Shown here: in pieces, positions 49,230 through 63,394 of the stretch
How the letters are laid out: every line of letters starts with the position of its first letter
Numbering within the stretch: position 1 is the first letter of the stretch
DNA from: Mustelus asterias
Taxonomy: Eukaryota
Assembly: GCF_964213995.1 (NCBI RefSeq)
Contig: NC_135813.1
Coordinates: 79,174,001-79,238,000, forward strand
Reading direction: 5' to 3'
DNA length: 64,000 nucleotides
The notes under the pieces: generated by a model
Database searches by the model: none
Told to the model about the DNA's origin: nothing
Seen by the model: only the letters and a program-made list of their open reading frames with translations
Position numbers and translations under genes: made by a program

Positions 49230-51060
49230 GGTCTTGTACGAGGTTAGAATTTTAAAGTGGAGGATGTAGGGGACTGGGAGTTGGTGTTTGTCACCAAGGA
49301 CAGGATGATTGGTGAGCAAAGATTTAATGTGGAATAGGATATGGGTAATAGAGTTTGGATGAACTGGAAGTGTGGAGGAAGGAGGCCAAGCGGGTGAAAT
49401 AGTTGAGTCTGCAAGGATGAGAGCTTCTGTAGCTCATGTGCTGAGCCAGAGTTGTTGGTGGGCAGTGTAACAGAGTTGTACGTAGGCAATCTTTGCATTT
49501 CACTTTATTCAAGACTGGATTCAGATAGTTAAGTTGATAGACCTGGATGTTGTCAGCATATATGTGAAAGCTGTGTCCATGTTTTTGCATCATGCTACTA
49601 AGGAATAGCATATAGCTGTAAGAGTGGAAGCTGATCATGGATTCTTGAAAGACTCCAAAGCTAACAGTGCGGGGTCATGGAAAGAGGCTATTGCTGGAGA
49701 TGCTCCTACAATTGTATCGGTAAAAGTGGAACCAAGCAAGGGCAATCCCATTGAGCTGGATCATATAGGAGAGGCTTTGGGGAGGACTGGTGTCATTAGT
49801 TGTGTCAAAAAGTACAGAGATTGAGAAGGACAATCACAGGCTGCAGAGTGTAATTTGTAACTTCAATATTAGATGTTACAGTGCTATGACAAGCTGAGAG
49901 ATTTATACATGGATTTGTGGAAAGTTGAACATGGATTTGGGAGGCAGGAAAGGGTGGTTGGAGATTGGGCAGTAGTTTGCAAGGTTGGAGGGATTGAGCA
50001 TGGTTCTTCGAGAAGGTGGTTGGTGCCAGCAGTTTTGAAATGGAGGGAGATTGTATCTGAGGAGGGAGTTATTTGCAATGTCAGCCATTCTAGGGACCAG
50101 GAGAAAAAGTTGTATGGTTTATCAGTTTAGAAGGTGTGGGATAAAGGAAGCAGGAAATGGGTCACCTGGACAAGATGAACTCCCAGAGGGCATAGTGAAA
50201 TAATAGAGAAAGATGTGGGTTCAGGGCTGGGCAGAGCAGGAGAAGGTTTGGGTATCAAGGGGACATGGGAGAAAGCAGCAGAGATGCTAAATGTATGATT
50301 TTAATCTAGGTTTCAAAGTCATTTATGGGTTCTTTGCATTCATGTGGGGTGTAGGAGTTAAAAATACAAAGAGATGATTGATGTCGAGAAAAGCAATTAG
50401 ATTATAGTTTCTTTCTAGTGTGATCCAAGCAAAGTGGGTTTTGACCGAGGAGAGTGAGGCTTGATGTGTTCAGCAGATCTGGGAATGGATTGCAAAAGCA
50501 GTTGTGCATGAGATGAGCTTAAATTTGAATCACTTGGATTTGAAGAGCAGAGATACAAGGATTCATGATGGAGGATGGTTGGTATGGAAGAGATTAAAGC
50601 TTTTGCTAGATATAAAGGTATCACAGTTGGAGCTGAAGGGTGAAGGAACAGGGTTGACAGCTGCACAAGTATTGTAGTGAGTTGAAGGCCAAAGGCTAGG
50701 CAGTCAGCAACTTGAACGTACTATTGTGAGTGACTTAGAGTTCATTTTCCATGGTTGAACTAAAACAAAAGTAGAATTGGAAGGCAGTAGAGAGATGTAC
50801 GTGATGAGATACAAGTAGTAGATGGTGATTACCTGATCTGTGATCAAGACCATGGGAGTAGAGAAGCCATATGAGATGGCAAGGTTCAGGGATTAGCTGT
50901 GAATATTTTAGGGGAGTTCATGTGGAGGAAGAGCTTTAAAAGAGAGGGGAAGGCAATGGGGTCAGAGAAGAGAGGGTGGTGTGTTGATCCGGAAATTGAG
51001 ATCACTCAGGATAAGTGTTGCTCTACAAAGGTTGAAGAAAGAAAAGGAGGATATGGAGGG
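49230..51060 (-). mobile_element. L2-clade LINE ORF2 remnant
   Basis: HGHSFHIYADNIQVY (YADD motif) and LNPSNLANYCPISN. Confidence 0.75.
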
Positions 51061-51476
51061 TTATTAGGTGTGTAAAGTTGGAAGAGAACATGTTTTTTTA
51101 ATGTGGTGAAATGAGATGAAATGTATCGAAGAAAATGATGCTGGAAGTGAGATTTTGCAATAAGGATCAGATATCTCTAGTCATATTTTGGGCAAAACAA
51201 AAAATTCCACAGTTTTTTTCTTGGCTACAGTGATGAAACGTCAGGCATTCTTGACCTTAACGGGTAATTCAACCAGCTTCTGTAGAAAATTACTTGAACA
51301 GTTTAGTCTGGCTCTCCCTCATGTACGAGCCGATATGGCACAATGCGGATTGCAACTCAGCAATAAACTTCTTTGCTGCCGTTTAATATTTTCTCTGCTC
51401 GTATCTGGATTGTACCAAGCCAAATTGTACTTTGAACCCCAGTGACAAGATGGATTGGCCATACTAAATCGCCCCT

Positions 51477-51804
51477 TAGAAACATAGAAACCCTACAGTG
51501 CAGAAGGAGGCCATTCGGCCCATCGAGTCTGCACCGACCACAGTCAGGCCCTACCCCCACATATTTTACCCGCTAATCCCTCTAACCTACGCATCCCAGG
51601 ACTCTAAGGGACAATTTTTAACCTGGCCAATCAACCTAACCCGCACATCTTTGGACTGTGGGAGGAAACCGGAGCACCCGGAGGAAACCCACGCAGACAC
51701 GAGGAGAATGTGCAAACTCCACACAGACAGTGACCCGAGCCGGGAATCGAACCCGGGACCCTGGAGCTGTGAAGCAGCAGTGCTAACCACTGTGCTACCG
51801 TGCC
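51477..51804 (-). mobile_element. Full-length young HE1-like SINE inserted into an older + strand copy (51445-51476 and 51805-51912)
   Basis: Intact A/B boxes (GGTTCGATTCC), CpGs retained, TTTCTATG tail; the flanks are the two halves of another copy. Confidence 0.85.
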
Positions 51805-52689
51805 AGGGGGATTAGCAGGGTAAATATGTGGGATTAAGGAGTTAGGACTAGGGTGTTGTCGGTGCAGGCTCGATGGGCCGAATGGCCGCCTTCTGCACTG
51901 GAGGGAGTCTATGCAGAAAGACCTTTTTAATTGCAGATGAATAGTTTGAGTAAGCTTACTTTGAATAGGTCAGCTCTGACTTATACCATGTACAGTGTAA
52001 GATCTACAGTTTTCTTTGTTCTGTACAGAAGCTGTGGTTTTTAATAAATAATAATGATGTGGGGGACATGGTGACTTAGAGCATTATACTTTCAGTGTGG
52101 AAAATTGGTTTGAATCTGGTCCAGAATAGTGGATATAGTATTTCTTGTCTTGCAGTGAGAGTTATGTCAGATGAATTTGTTATTGCTGCAAATCTAGGAC
52201 ACAATATTAATTCTGAAGTTGGCACCAAATTAGTATTCTAAAGAAGCAGAAAATAGCTGGTGCGAGAACTGTAAACACTTTGTTAATGCTTTCACGAGTA
52301 GGTGTCTTGTGGCAGTGTACATAGAAAAGGAAATTATTTTATAGAGCATTTTGCCAGATTCATAGAATCACAGAATTCCTACAGTGCAGAAGGAGGCCAT
52401 CTGGCCCATCGAGCCTGCACCGACCATAATCCCACCCAGACCCTATTCCCGTAACTATCTACCCTGCTCGTTCCCATGAAACATCAGTTTTGAGAGACCA
52501 ATAGTATGTGGCATAAATATTCAAGAGGATCATAACAATGAGAATTCCATACTTTTTAATGCTTTTTATTTGTTTTCCTCCTTTAATCTTTTTGAAACAC
52601 CTGGCTCATTTAAATCTTCTGACTAAGCCTTCCATGATGGTTTACCTTTCACAATCTATACTGCTTGTCTTTGATTACCTCATACTCAT

Positions 52690-53560
52690 TCAATACTCAG
52701 TCACTCCATTCCTGATTATAGATTTCACGAACTGACGTTAAAATTAATAGGCCTGTAGTTTTCTGTTACTTACCTTCCTGCCTCCTCTGAAATAATAATG
52801 CCTTTTGCGTTTTTCAATCCAAAGACAATTTCCTCACCTATTTTAATCCCCGGGTGCAGAAATCATCAGGGTCTGGTGGCTTAGTCTCTGACATTATTTT
52901 CTCCAAGACCATTTTAAAAAAACTTTTGAGGGATGGGCAATAAATGCTGGTCTAGCCAGCGTGCCCGCATCCCGTAAAATGAATAAGTAAGAGAGTTCTT
53001 TCCCTTTAATTACTTTTAGACTCCCTTGTACTGCTGGTATTTGCCCTTTTCCTTTACTGTGAGGATAGATACAAAGCATTTGTTTAACAAATCCGCCATT
53101 GCTTTATCCATTATAATCTTGCTTGAATCAGTCTTAAATGGCCCACAAACCGCACGGTCATTTTTTTCTTTTAATACATTTCTAGCATCCTTTACTAATA
53201 ACTTTGATAACCCTTGCAAGTTTTTCTATTTTTTTTAATCTCTTTATTTTATTTATATCCCTTTTATGTCATTATATAGCTCTCCCCGTATGCTGGCTTT
53301 CCACTTGTCCTTGTATTTGTGTAAACCTTTCATTTAGCTTAATATTGTCCCTTATCCCATTTGTTGTTGTCAGTTAATTTGCTGTTTGCCTTTTAGGGGT
53401 TTATACTGATTTTGTATTGTGCAAACAATTTCTTTAACCACTAGTTTCCCCATTAACAGTTCATCACCCTTATCACAGTCAATTTATTTCTCTCTCCTTC
53501 AAAATTTATGTGACTTGAATTTCACCTTGGGCTTGTGACTCTTCTCGCAAAAGTAGAAAT
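52690..53560 (-). mobile_element. Old CR1 LINE ORF2 fragment
   Basis: GPFK...MADLLNKCFVSILTVKE resembles the CR1 motif LNxYFxSVFT. Confidence 0.55.
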
Positions 53561-53663
53561 TTGTTGTCTTTATGACTTGAGCACTTAGCTTCTCCCAGAC
53601 TGGGAGGGTTAAAATAAGGTAAAGGCAAAATTCATCTGCGAAACATGCATTGTACAATCTGGA

Positions 53664-53925
53664 GGTACAGTGGCACAGTGGTTAGCATTGCTGCCTCACA
53701 GCGTCAGGGATCTGGGTTCGATTCTGGCCTTGGGAAATTGGGTGGAGTTTGCACATTCTCTGTGTCTGCATGGGCTTCCTCCAGGTGCTCCAGTTTCTTC
53801 TTATAGTCCAAAGGTGTGCACAGATTGGCCATGCTAAGTTGCCCCTTAGTGTCCCAAGATGTGTAAGTTAGGTGGATTAGCCATGGTAAATGTACGGGGT
53901 TATAGGAATAGGGTGGAGGGGAAAT
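53664..53925 (+). mobile_element. HE1-like SINE
   Basis: A box TGGCACAGTGG, B box GGTTCGATTC, HE1 body. Confidence 0.8.
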
Positions 53926-55417
53926 GCAGGAACCCATGTTAGAAACTGAAATTGGGACAAGCTACAAAATCAGAAATAAATTAAAATTCCGAAAGATAAT
54001 GCAGAGAAATTGTGACAGACAATTTTCTCAGATGCTTATGGTGACAAATAAAAGTTGCAAAACATATTATTGAAAACTAACTTGAGTTAATGAAAGTGGG
54101 GGAAAATAATTAAGTATTTCTAAACAGAACAGCAAAATTGAAGCTACCTGGAGCAGTATTTCAATCACGTTCCAACATATTTGAATTGATTGCAGATGGA
54201 TTGGCTTTCACCTTTTACTTTAAGAAAATGATAGTGCAACTTTTGTTCAGTTTTGTAACAAGGAAATAAGCTGATTTAGAAATTACTTTCTGTCAGTACA
54301 CCTGTAGTTATAAAATGCATGAAAGCAGTTGCAATATTAATTTCTGCTGCCTTAATTAAAAGTTAATGGATATTTGTTTAATGTGATGATGGGTCACTTG
54401 CTCAAGTCTTCACTTTACAGGTAACTTCAGAATCATAAATTATGCAGGAGTTTTATTCATGTGTCATGTCCTGTGATTTTATTCTACACTTTGCATTCAG
54501 TTGGACATTCTTATATATAATTTAGTAAAAGCACGTCTAGTAAGATCATCTGGAAGCAGTAAGGATGCCCACTAGCTTAAATTAAATCAGGTGGTGACAA
54601 ATTTCACTGCTAAAGCAGTCTTTAAAAATGAAAACAAGCTCTTGAGGCTTCCTGTACTGTTCGTATTTTAATGATTGCCAGTTAGCTCTTTCATATTAAA
54701 TATTCTAGCACCAATTGGAGACTGATGATCAGTTCTCATTACATGTGCTGAGCATGCATATGTAGAACTAAGCCTTCTCTTCATTGATGACCAGGCAGTA
54801 AATGTACATTTCCTTGCTCACATAGATGTAAGAAGAACTACATTCTTTAGTATTTTATTGGAGAGGTAAAAAATGTACCACTGAGCCTGGATGTAGTCAA
54901 TCAGGAAATATGAAGCTGCATATACAGAATGTGATTGCATTAAACTACACAACAAAATATATCCTTGATGTATTTGTTCCATTCATCGAACCACTGAAAT
55001 TGTCAGATGATATTTGGGGTTAAAGTTGCTTCTATTAAGTCTTTGCATGAGTTATAAATCCTTTTCTAAACCCAGTCCCTCCCTTAAATTTTCTCAAAGC
55101 TGTGTGTTCATTCCATCTCCACATCATGTTCATTCCATTGACACTGGACGGCAACCGCACCCTTTGGGCGTGTATTTTCATTAACGAGCTTCTGTTTGAA
55201 TTTTATTTGACTATCATCCAAAAATTATGTCAGGCTTTGTGCACTGTTTTCATATTTTGGCACCGAGTTTCCATTTTGGTATTTTTTGTTCTCATTATAT
55301 ACAAGAAAATGCAGAAGGGCATTATGGTGGCTTGAGTGGAAAATAACATGCAAAGGCCAAAAATCGATGTTATGTTGTCATAAAACCAGGCCGTGATTGT
55401 GCGCTCCAGCCATCAAT

Positions 55418-58400
55418 GGCAGGCCATATTTCCCACCACTGCATGTTGAGAACATTTTAACACATCTGCATCCCATTATAAGAACTCCCTTCCCCATGCT
55501 GGATCATCCAGGCACATCGGGGTGTGATTAGAACAACGTGTTTCACAAATGTGCAGCTGGCAACTTGCACTCTGCTTATGACTTTGAGATTAGTTTGCCT
55601 ACCTTGCAGGAATCAGCACCAGTCTTCAAAGGCAGCATGACACCACTTTCAATGGGTTGTCACAGGCAGGTCTCTCTCTACCAGACCAGCAGGAACGTGG
55701 GCGTGGCTTTTGGGCCTCAAAGTTAGGGCCGTACTGGGGGAAGTGAGGGGATAATTGGCCTCAGGCAGGAGAAGGGGCTGCAGGACAAGGACTCCACTGG
55801 GAAAGGGGGCAACTGGCCACAGGCAGGGGAAGCGGCTACATAAAGTCACTTGGGGACAGAATGGGAAGAATGCTGGGTGAAGAAGTGCTTCAGTTTACAT
55901 TGGGCTTGCAAAGTCTTTCCTCATCCTGGGGGAGGGAATGCAAGTCCAGTCTTAATCATGCCCAGCATGTTGTGCACAGGGCGCAATGGTAACATCATAT
56001 GCCTTGGTCCGTGGGGTTCCTGGCATCGTAATGGGCTGCAGGTGGCACACTCAGTCATGGGAGGCATCTGCAGCCAGGGTATTGTAGGCTATCTGAGGGC
56101 ATATGGGGGTGTATGTGTTTAACTGTACAAGTGGTCTCAAAGTGGAGCAGGGTGAGATCAAAAACGTTCAAGGACTAACATGGATATGCACCGCAAACAC
56201 AATGGGATCAAGGAATATAGGGAGAGGGTGGAGAGTTCAGTGAGGGAGGGCAACCTGAACATTAAGCTCCTCTGGGACATTGGGAGGCGTTCCCACACGG
56301 GGAGCACCCTGCTGGTCTGACAGAGAGACAGTTTGCATTACCATCATCCAACTTGCAGAGCGATAGCACAGTACAAAATAAAATGAGGCGAAACCCTGAT
56401 GGTGAAGGCACTGCAGGCGGGTTGGAGACTTGGTGCATGCTCCGGGGGCGAGGATGGCAATTAAACAGCTAAGACATGTTCGGAGCCTTTAAATGACAGT
56501 GCAAGGAATCAAGAAAGAGAAGCAATGATGCCCATTCATGCAAGATTAATTCCACAAAGTGGCACAAATGAATCTCCTTGTTTCAACAACTTGTTTGCAG
56601 CATGGAAATTCTCCAGAGTGATGACAGCTCCAGAGCAATTGGTTGACTGGACAATCTTCAGAAATCTGTTTGAAAGTTGGTGCTGGATGGTTCGCAGAAG
56701 AAAAGCACAGGCCCCCCTCAAATAATCTCATTTCTTGACTAAACATTTATCCTCATGTTTATTCTGAAGGGTATAGTATTAGAGTGCAGTGAATGAGGAT
56801 CCTAGTACCAGGGCTGAAAGCAGCACATCCAGGCGCCTGGCCAAACCAATGACATAGCAGTCAGTCGTGTTGGGGGGGGGAGCGGGGGTACCTTGATAGG
56901 CACCCCACACTGGCCATCATTTCGGGGGTGAGTCGTGTCAGACAAGAAAACAAAGTTTTGAACCCACATTCACTGATGAGTCATTGACAAAAAGAGGACC
57001 TTTGGAGACTAATGCTGACTCTTGTCTGTTTCTTACTGATACTGCAAAGGGGGAACCATCAGGAAGATGGAGCATGGATTTGTAACTGCCTGCATAACTA
57101 TATACAGGTAGGAGAGTAAGAGGAGAAGATTGTGATGGAGGTGCCACACAAAACCTTCAAGACCAAGGGCCAGCAGGCCTATTCCAGACACAGTGGACGA
57201 AGCTCACAGAGACGTTGTGCATAGACATTTTGTCAGGCCCAGGATGTACAGACCCCACATGTCTTATCTGCAGATTATTGAGAACCAATGTTGCCGTTGC
57301 CATTGCCACCCCAGATCCAGGGATTTGAGGACTCACATTTGCCATATTCTCCAGGAATTGATGCCATGGGGACTTGGCGAACATCCATTGCTAGTGACTA
57401 TGAAAATAGCCACTGTACTGACTTCAAGGCAACTGGCTCTTTCAAGGACTCAACTGGGGACCTCTGTGGAATCTCAAGCAGCAACACACAAAAACATTGA
57501 CTCTGTCTACACTTCCCGCTGCCTCGGCAAAGCAGCCAGCATAATTAGGGACCCCGGACATTCTCTCTTCCACCTTCTTCCGTCGGGAGAAAGATACAGA
57601 AGTCTGAGGTCACGCACCAACCGACTCAAAAACAGTTTCTTCCCTGCTGCCATCAGACTTTTGAATGGACTTACCTTGCATTAAGTTGATCTTTCTCTAC
57701 CACCCCAGCTATGACTGTAACACTACATTCTGCACTCTCTCGTTTCCTTCTCTATGAAGTGTCTGTTTTGTCTGTATAGCATGCAAGAAACAATACTTTT
57801 CACTATGTTAATATATGTGACAAATTAAATCAAATAATGCATACATGATGCCCTATTTGCCAAGGCCCTTACTTGCGTCTACTTGAGATCGAGCCAGGAA
57901 GCCAGATCACTGGGGTTTGCTGGATTTCCGGGTGCCATCAACTGTGCTAATGTGGCTATAAAAGCTCCCTGGCAGCAGCCACCACAATACAGAAAGAGGA
58001 AAAACTCAATGTACAATTGTTCTGTGACTACAAGAGTCTTACCATGCAGGTTTGTGCCAGATATCCAGGAAGTGCCCAAGACTCGGTACATTTTAAGTAG
58101 CAGATCACTGACATCATTGAAGGACCACATAGAATCCAGGCCTGGCTCTTTGGGGAGAAGGGGTACCTGCAAATGACGTGGCTGATAATCCCTGCACGGC
58201 AGCCAAGGGAAGGTACGATGCTCATTCTGCTCCCGAAGCATTGGTGGAGCACACCATGAGCATTGCTAAGTCTGGACGGATCTGGCAGTACACTCCCCAT
58301 AGGGTCTTGAGGATCATGGTGGCATACCATGCGATGCGCAAACTAGTGCTGCAAGGGGGGGAACATTTTGATTTAATTTGATTTGTCACATGTATTAACA

Positions 58401-61400
58401 TGGTGAAAAGTATTGTTTCTTGCATGATGAGATACATGCCTCTTCCAATGAGGAAGACCTTGAAGGGGGTGAGGGTGATGAGCTCAAGGGAACCAAGGCT
58501 GCAGGGGAAGAGGCCATAGCATGGGCGAGATGAAGCAGGTATGTACATAAGGCTCAGATAGCCAACAGGAGGGTGATGCATTGCAGTAGTACCCTCTTGG
58601 AAAAGTGACTACCATCATGGGCCAACAGGAATGCCAGCATTGCAATTCGTCTCATTTCAACCATGCATTTCATGAGAGTGCACAGTTACACATCAGGTTC
58701 ACATTCTGTTCATCTTTTGAATGATAATGTGGCCTCACTGAGATGAAGAGTTAGCTGGAGGAGATAATCCCAGCATCAGACATTAGAAGGTGCTGTCTCT
58801 TCAAGCTTCTCTCCAGGATCCTAGTTGCGACAACAGCCTACAAGAAGCAGAAGCTGCTGCACACCGTGGGCTTGTAGCTATGTGCCTTTGATCTGCAAGG
58901 CTCCTCCAGGAGATCCATCCCGAGCAACGGAACAGCCGACTCTGTAGAACATTGGTTAATCTGACAATTCACATTTGGGCAAGGCAGCTAATGACGTTCT
59001 GCTGCTGTGAATCCATTTAGTGGTGACTTGGTCACTTGTGGAGCATTCTTCCAAATCACAGTGACATTTGATACTCTCGGGGATGCTGGGCTGCACTTAT
59101 CCTCACCTTAATATGGATGCAGACCACCTAAGGATGCCTATGTCAAACACCTGCCTGCTAGACATTAAAGTGCTCCTCTTTAACATAGACATTGTACCCT
59201 CATGACCAGCCTTGCCCCTTGCAAAGTCCAAAATGCTCAGACAACATGAAGCCCTCAAGGTCATGTCTTTGCTTACAAAGAGCATGCTTCATCTTCAGTA
59301 CATTCTTGCTCCTATCCCATTACTCTCCTCAACATTGTCTAAAGCAACACTGCAATTCCAGAGCATGCTCAAAGTCTCTCTTGCCTGCCAGAAATTGCCA
59401 TTTGGAGTTAGCATCAGTGATCTTGGCGGGTGCTCAGGTAATAGGACACACAGCTCTGCAACCCTATTTTGTGCCGAGAGTCTTGTGCTGGCAATACACA
59501 CAATTGCTGGGTGAGAGGCGCTCGAGGTTGTATGCTTGAGCGCCAGGACAATAATGTGGCTAAGAGGGGCAGAGCTTCGTTACCTTGAGATGGCAAAGTG
59601 CTCTCACTTATTGGTGAGTTCAGCAGATGTATGCTCAGTCGAAAATGCGGTTGGCAGACAGCAGCACAGACAAGCTTGGAGTATGCGCTCATAGCGTGAA
59701 AACCCTGCCGGGGGACATAGCACATGGAGTTGCGCGATCTCCATGTGTGAATCTATCTCTCCTTGTATTCTACGCATTCCCCCTTCAAGAATGCAGATGA
59801 GATAGAACACTTCTGCCTCGATCTTTCGCAGCTAAGAATAAACATGACATGACCCTGCAAAGTATGTGAATGAGGCTTATTCCACAAGCACACTTGACAT
59901 TAGAGCTGAGGCACCGTGGATGTAGAGAATGTTTTGGAAAGGGCCACGCACTGATGATATGGAAGCACGCTACATAGACAGGAGGCCCATAATAGTGACG
60001 TCTGCAATAAGTGGGGATAAGGACCAGGGTGTATCACCTGATTGACAGCTACACAGCTCATCACAAAAAGATGTACACAGGGGATAAGGGAAATGGGTGC
60101 GATTCTATTTACACTTGTGAATATGTTGTGCACACCCATGCCACCATTGTGCTCCTCAATTTTTTTCTAATTTTTCATAACCCTACTGTTATATCTGGTT
60201 GTGTCCCTGACATCTACAGTGGAAGTGCTGGTAGCCTGCTGAATGCCATGCCCTGTAGTCTGTGATGACTTTGGCAGGCATCCTCTGGAGGACCTCAGTC
60301 TGTTTTGGGTCTCCCACAGTAAGGCAAGTGGACCCTGTGGAGCTGGAGGTGATGGGCTCACAGGAAGAGGGGATTGGGAATGGCTGGACACTCCCAGAGT
60401 CACCTGAGTGGATGACCCTGGGCTGTCTATCTGGTCCTCATCCCTACAGGTGCCGGAGGGCACTGGCTGACTCCTTGAGGTGAAGAGTCAGCTGGAGTGG
60501 GATTGAGATTGGCTGAGGTTTCAATGAAAGAAAATAGTGATAATTAGTGCATGGCAGGTAACTCTAAAACAGGTCAACACACTCCGTATGGTGGTGTGAG
60601 GGGTGAGCTGGTGCAGCAACTTCATGGGCTTTTGCCACTAACCTCATCGTCACTGCAGGCACACTCGACTCCGGCCAGCTCTATGGCTCAGCTTTTGAAC
60701 AGAGGGGACCTTGGGTTTCCAGCACTTCACCCCCAGTCTGCGACCTCTTCCTGCAATTGTTTGTGAACATGTCGTGCATAAAGACAGACCGAGGAGAGAA
60801 TGAGCAAGCTGCATGCCAGGGCAGATGACAAGAATGTGTGGGCAGTTAGGGGAGTCATGGACAGAATGAGGGTGTGAATTGCAGAGGATATGAGGCTGAA
60901 TGGATATGTGAGGATGTATGAGGTAGAGTGGTGTATCAGAAAGAGAGTGGTGATGTCCCTTGAGCTGGCAGCGTTGTGAGAAATATGTGGTAGATTTGCG
61001 TGTGTGAGTTGAGAATAATGAGATGGTTGACTTACCCTGGTGGAACATTCGTCCTCGCCCTGCACTGGGTGCCTCACCTGTACTGCATTGGCATTGACCA
61101 CTGCTGACACTGCCTCCCAAGCCATGTTGGCCACCTTACTGGTGCTCCTGCAGCCAGAGCGGGGGTTGAGGACATAGGGTTGGACCTCCTCTGCGTCAAG
61201 CAGGCATCCCAGTTGAGACATCAGTAAATCTGGGGGCTGCCGTTGCCTTGTTTATTGGAGGCATTTCTTCGATGAGGCAGTCCTGAGATTCCGACATTGA
61301 GAAAGCTGTGTATGGTTGCAGTTTAGATGTGTCTGAAGTGAGGAAGCGGTGAGTTCATGGTAGGGCAGTCGATTCAGTGACTACCTACCAGCAAGCTGAC

Positions 61401-61524
61401 GTATTCCCCATGTTTGCATAATTAATGGGGAGCGGATAATGCCGCTATTGCGGCCAGCGGGTGGAGCGTTAGTTTTCATGCCCGCTCCTACACTTATTGC
61501 AGTGTGGGGGGAAAAATCCCATCC
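55418..61524. mobile_element. Decayed PIF/Harbinger DNA transposon: transposase on + (~57050-58560), Myb/SANT-like ORF on - (~60200-61260)
   Basis: RPRMYRPHMSYLQ, FxATGSF..TGDLCGISQ and GFPGAINCANVAIKAP (similar to GAIDCTHV) on +. AWEAVSAVVNA (MSANTD-like) on -. Weak terminal inverted similarity; ends approximate. Confidence 0.75.
57495..57835 (+). mobile_element. Rex1/Babar-like LINE 3' end inserted in the Harbinger transposase
   Basis: GHSLFHLLPSGERYRSLRSRTNRLKNSFFPAAIRLLN followed by a 3'UTR and AAATC-type tail. Confidence 0.8.
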
Positions 61525-62262
61525 TGCACAGTCTCTGTAAACTCTCAGAAATCTTAGGGCAATGGCACAGTAGGTTAAGGAAATGAAAGGCATTTTCTGA
61601 TATTTAGTTCAGGGTTGTGCAAGAACAAATGATAGTCTGCCTGTTGTGGTTGCATGCTGGGTACTTCCAAAAAATATAGCAAAATCATAATTTTTGTGTA
61701 ATCAATTTTACAAAAATAGTTTCAGCAAAGAGCTGGGTATGTTATCACTTTTACTGGAAACATGTAATAAACAAAATTATGCTGATTATGTATTTTCTCC
61801 TCAAAGTACATTGACACGTGTAACCTTGGAAGAGTGATGATGAAATAGGAGACTGATGTATGGAATGGTGCATCAACAACTCTTAGGATCTAAGATTCTA
61901 TTTATCTTTGCCAGATTTTGTATTGGGAATGTCTAGAATTTGTTTTGCCGACATGATGAATTGTATAATCTGAAAGCTACCGCTGGCATTTAATACTCTG
62001 CTTTAATGTTAAATAGTGCACTAAAAATATTTGTCCAATGTACAAGTTAAAAGATTTGAAATTGCCGCACCATAGACTTTTTCTGTTTTAACTTATGATA
62101 TTTCCAGATTTGGTTGCATTTTATTTTTAAACCAGGGTAGAATAACCTTTTAACCCCAGTTTTCTTTAGTGTCAGTAAACTTTTAAAATTTTTACTTGGG
62201 ATGTGGATGATGCGAGTAAAACTTAGCACATCCTTTGTTGCCATAAGAAAGTGGGGATGGGT

Positions 62263-62573
62263 CATAGAAACATAGAATAGAATCCATACAGTGCAGAAGG
62301 AGGCCACCTGGTCCATCGAACCTGTACCAAAACAGGCCCCATCCCCGTAACCCTATGTATTTATCCTGCTAATCCCCCAACACTAAGCGGCAATTTAGCA
62401 TGACCAATCCACCTAACCCGCACATCTTTTGGATTGTGGGAGGAAACTGGAGCACCCGGAGGAAACCCATGCAGACACGGGGAGAACGTGCAAACTCCTT
62501 ACAGTCACCCAAGGCTGAATTGAACCCAGGTCCCTGGCGCTGTGAGGCAGCAGAGCTTGCCATGGTGCTGCCC
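62263..62573 (-). mobile_element. HE1-like SINE
   Basis: Reverse-complement near full-length copy. Confidence 0.8.
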
Positions 62574-63394
62574 TGTTCGTCTTGAATTGATATGCCCAGA
62601 ATAATAACAACAACAGCTTGTATTTAAATAGTGACTTTAATGTAATGAAACATTGGAGGTGCTTCACAGCAGCATTGATTAAGCAGGGAATTCCAAGGTT
62701 TTGGTGAATATTTTTGAAGGAAAGGCAGTATATGACCAAATTAGGAAAGTATGTGACTTGGAGGGGAACTTTGAGGTGATGGTTCCTCTGATATTGTTGT
62801 CCTTGTCCTTCTTGGTAGTGTCAAAGGAATTGGGTGGTACTATTCATGCATTCTTGGTGAATTCCTGTCATGCATGTGGAGATGGAGCATATTGCCACTA
62901 CTATTTGCTGGTAATTGAGGGTGTGGATATTATCCAGTGGCCAGGGCATCAATCAGGTGAAACATTTTGTCTTGGATGGTGTGGAACTTGAGAGTTAATT
63001 TCATCGCACACCTGTATGAGCGTGGTAGATCATGACGAGGCTTTGAGAAATCAGGATGTGAGTTTTGCGTCTGACCTACTCTAGGAACCATTTTGTTCTG
63101 TGGCTGGTGCAGTTCAGCTTTTGGTCAATTTATGCACTGTTGAAAATCAACAGTGGTAATTCCATTTTTGGGAATGTTCATTACATGGCCTTATGTTGCC
63201 ACTAGTCAATGCAGGTCTTGAGGCTGACCATGTCATTCTGTAGGCTTTATTATCTGATAAGTTGCACGTGGAACTGAAAACTGAGGAGTTTTCAGTGAAT
63301 TGTCCCACAGAAATATCATTTGGTAAAGATGGAACCGCAACAAGGACTATTCTGAGACCTAATCAGCTGAGATGATAGCTGTCATTGATGGAAA

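Noticed and set aside
61834-61975. Box C/D snoRNA (GTGATGA...CTGA)
   Set aside because: No terminal stem and no recognisable rRNA guide complementarity.
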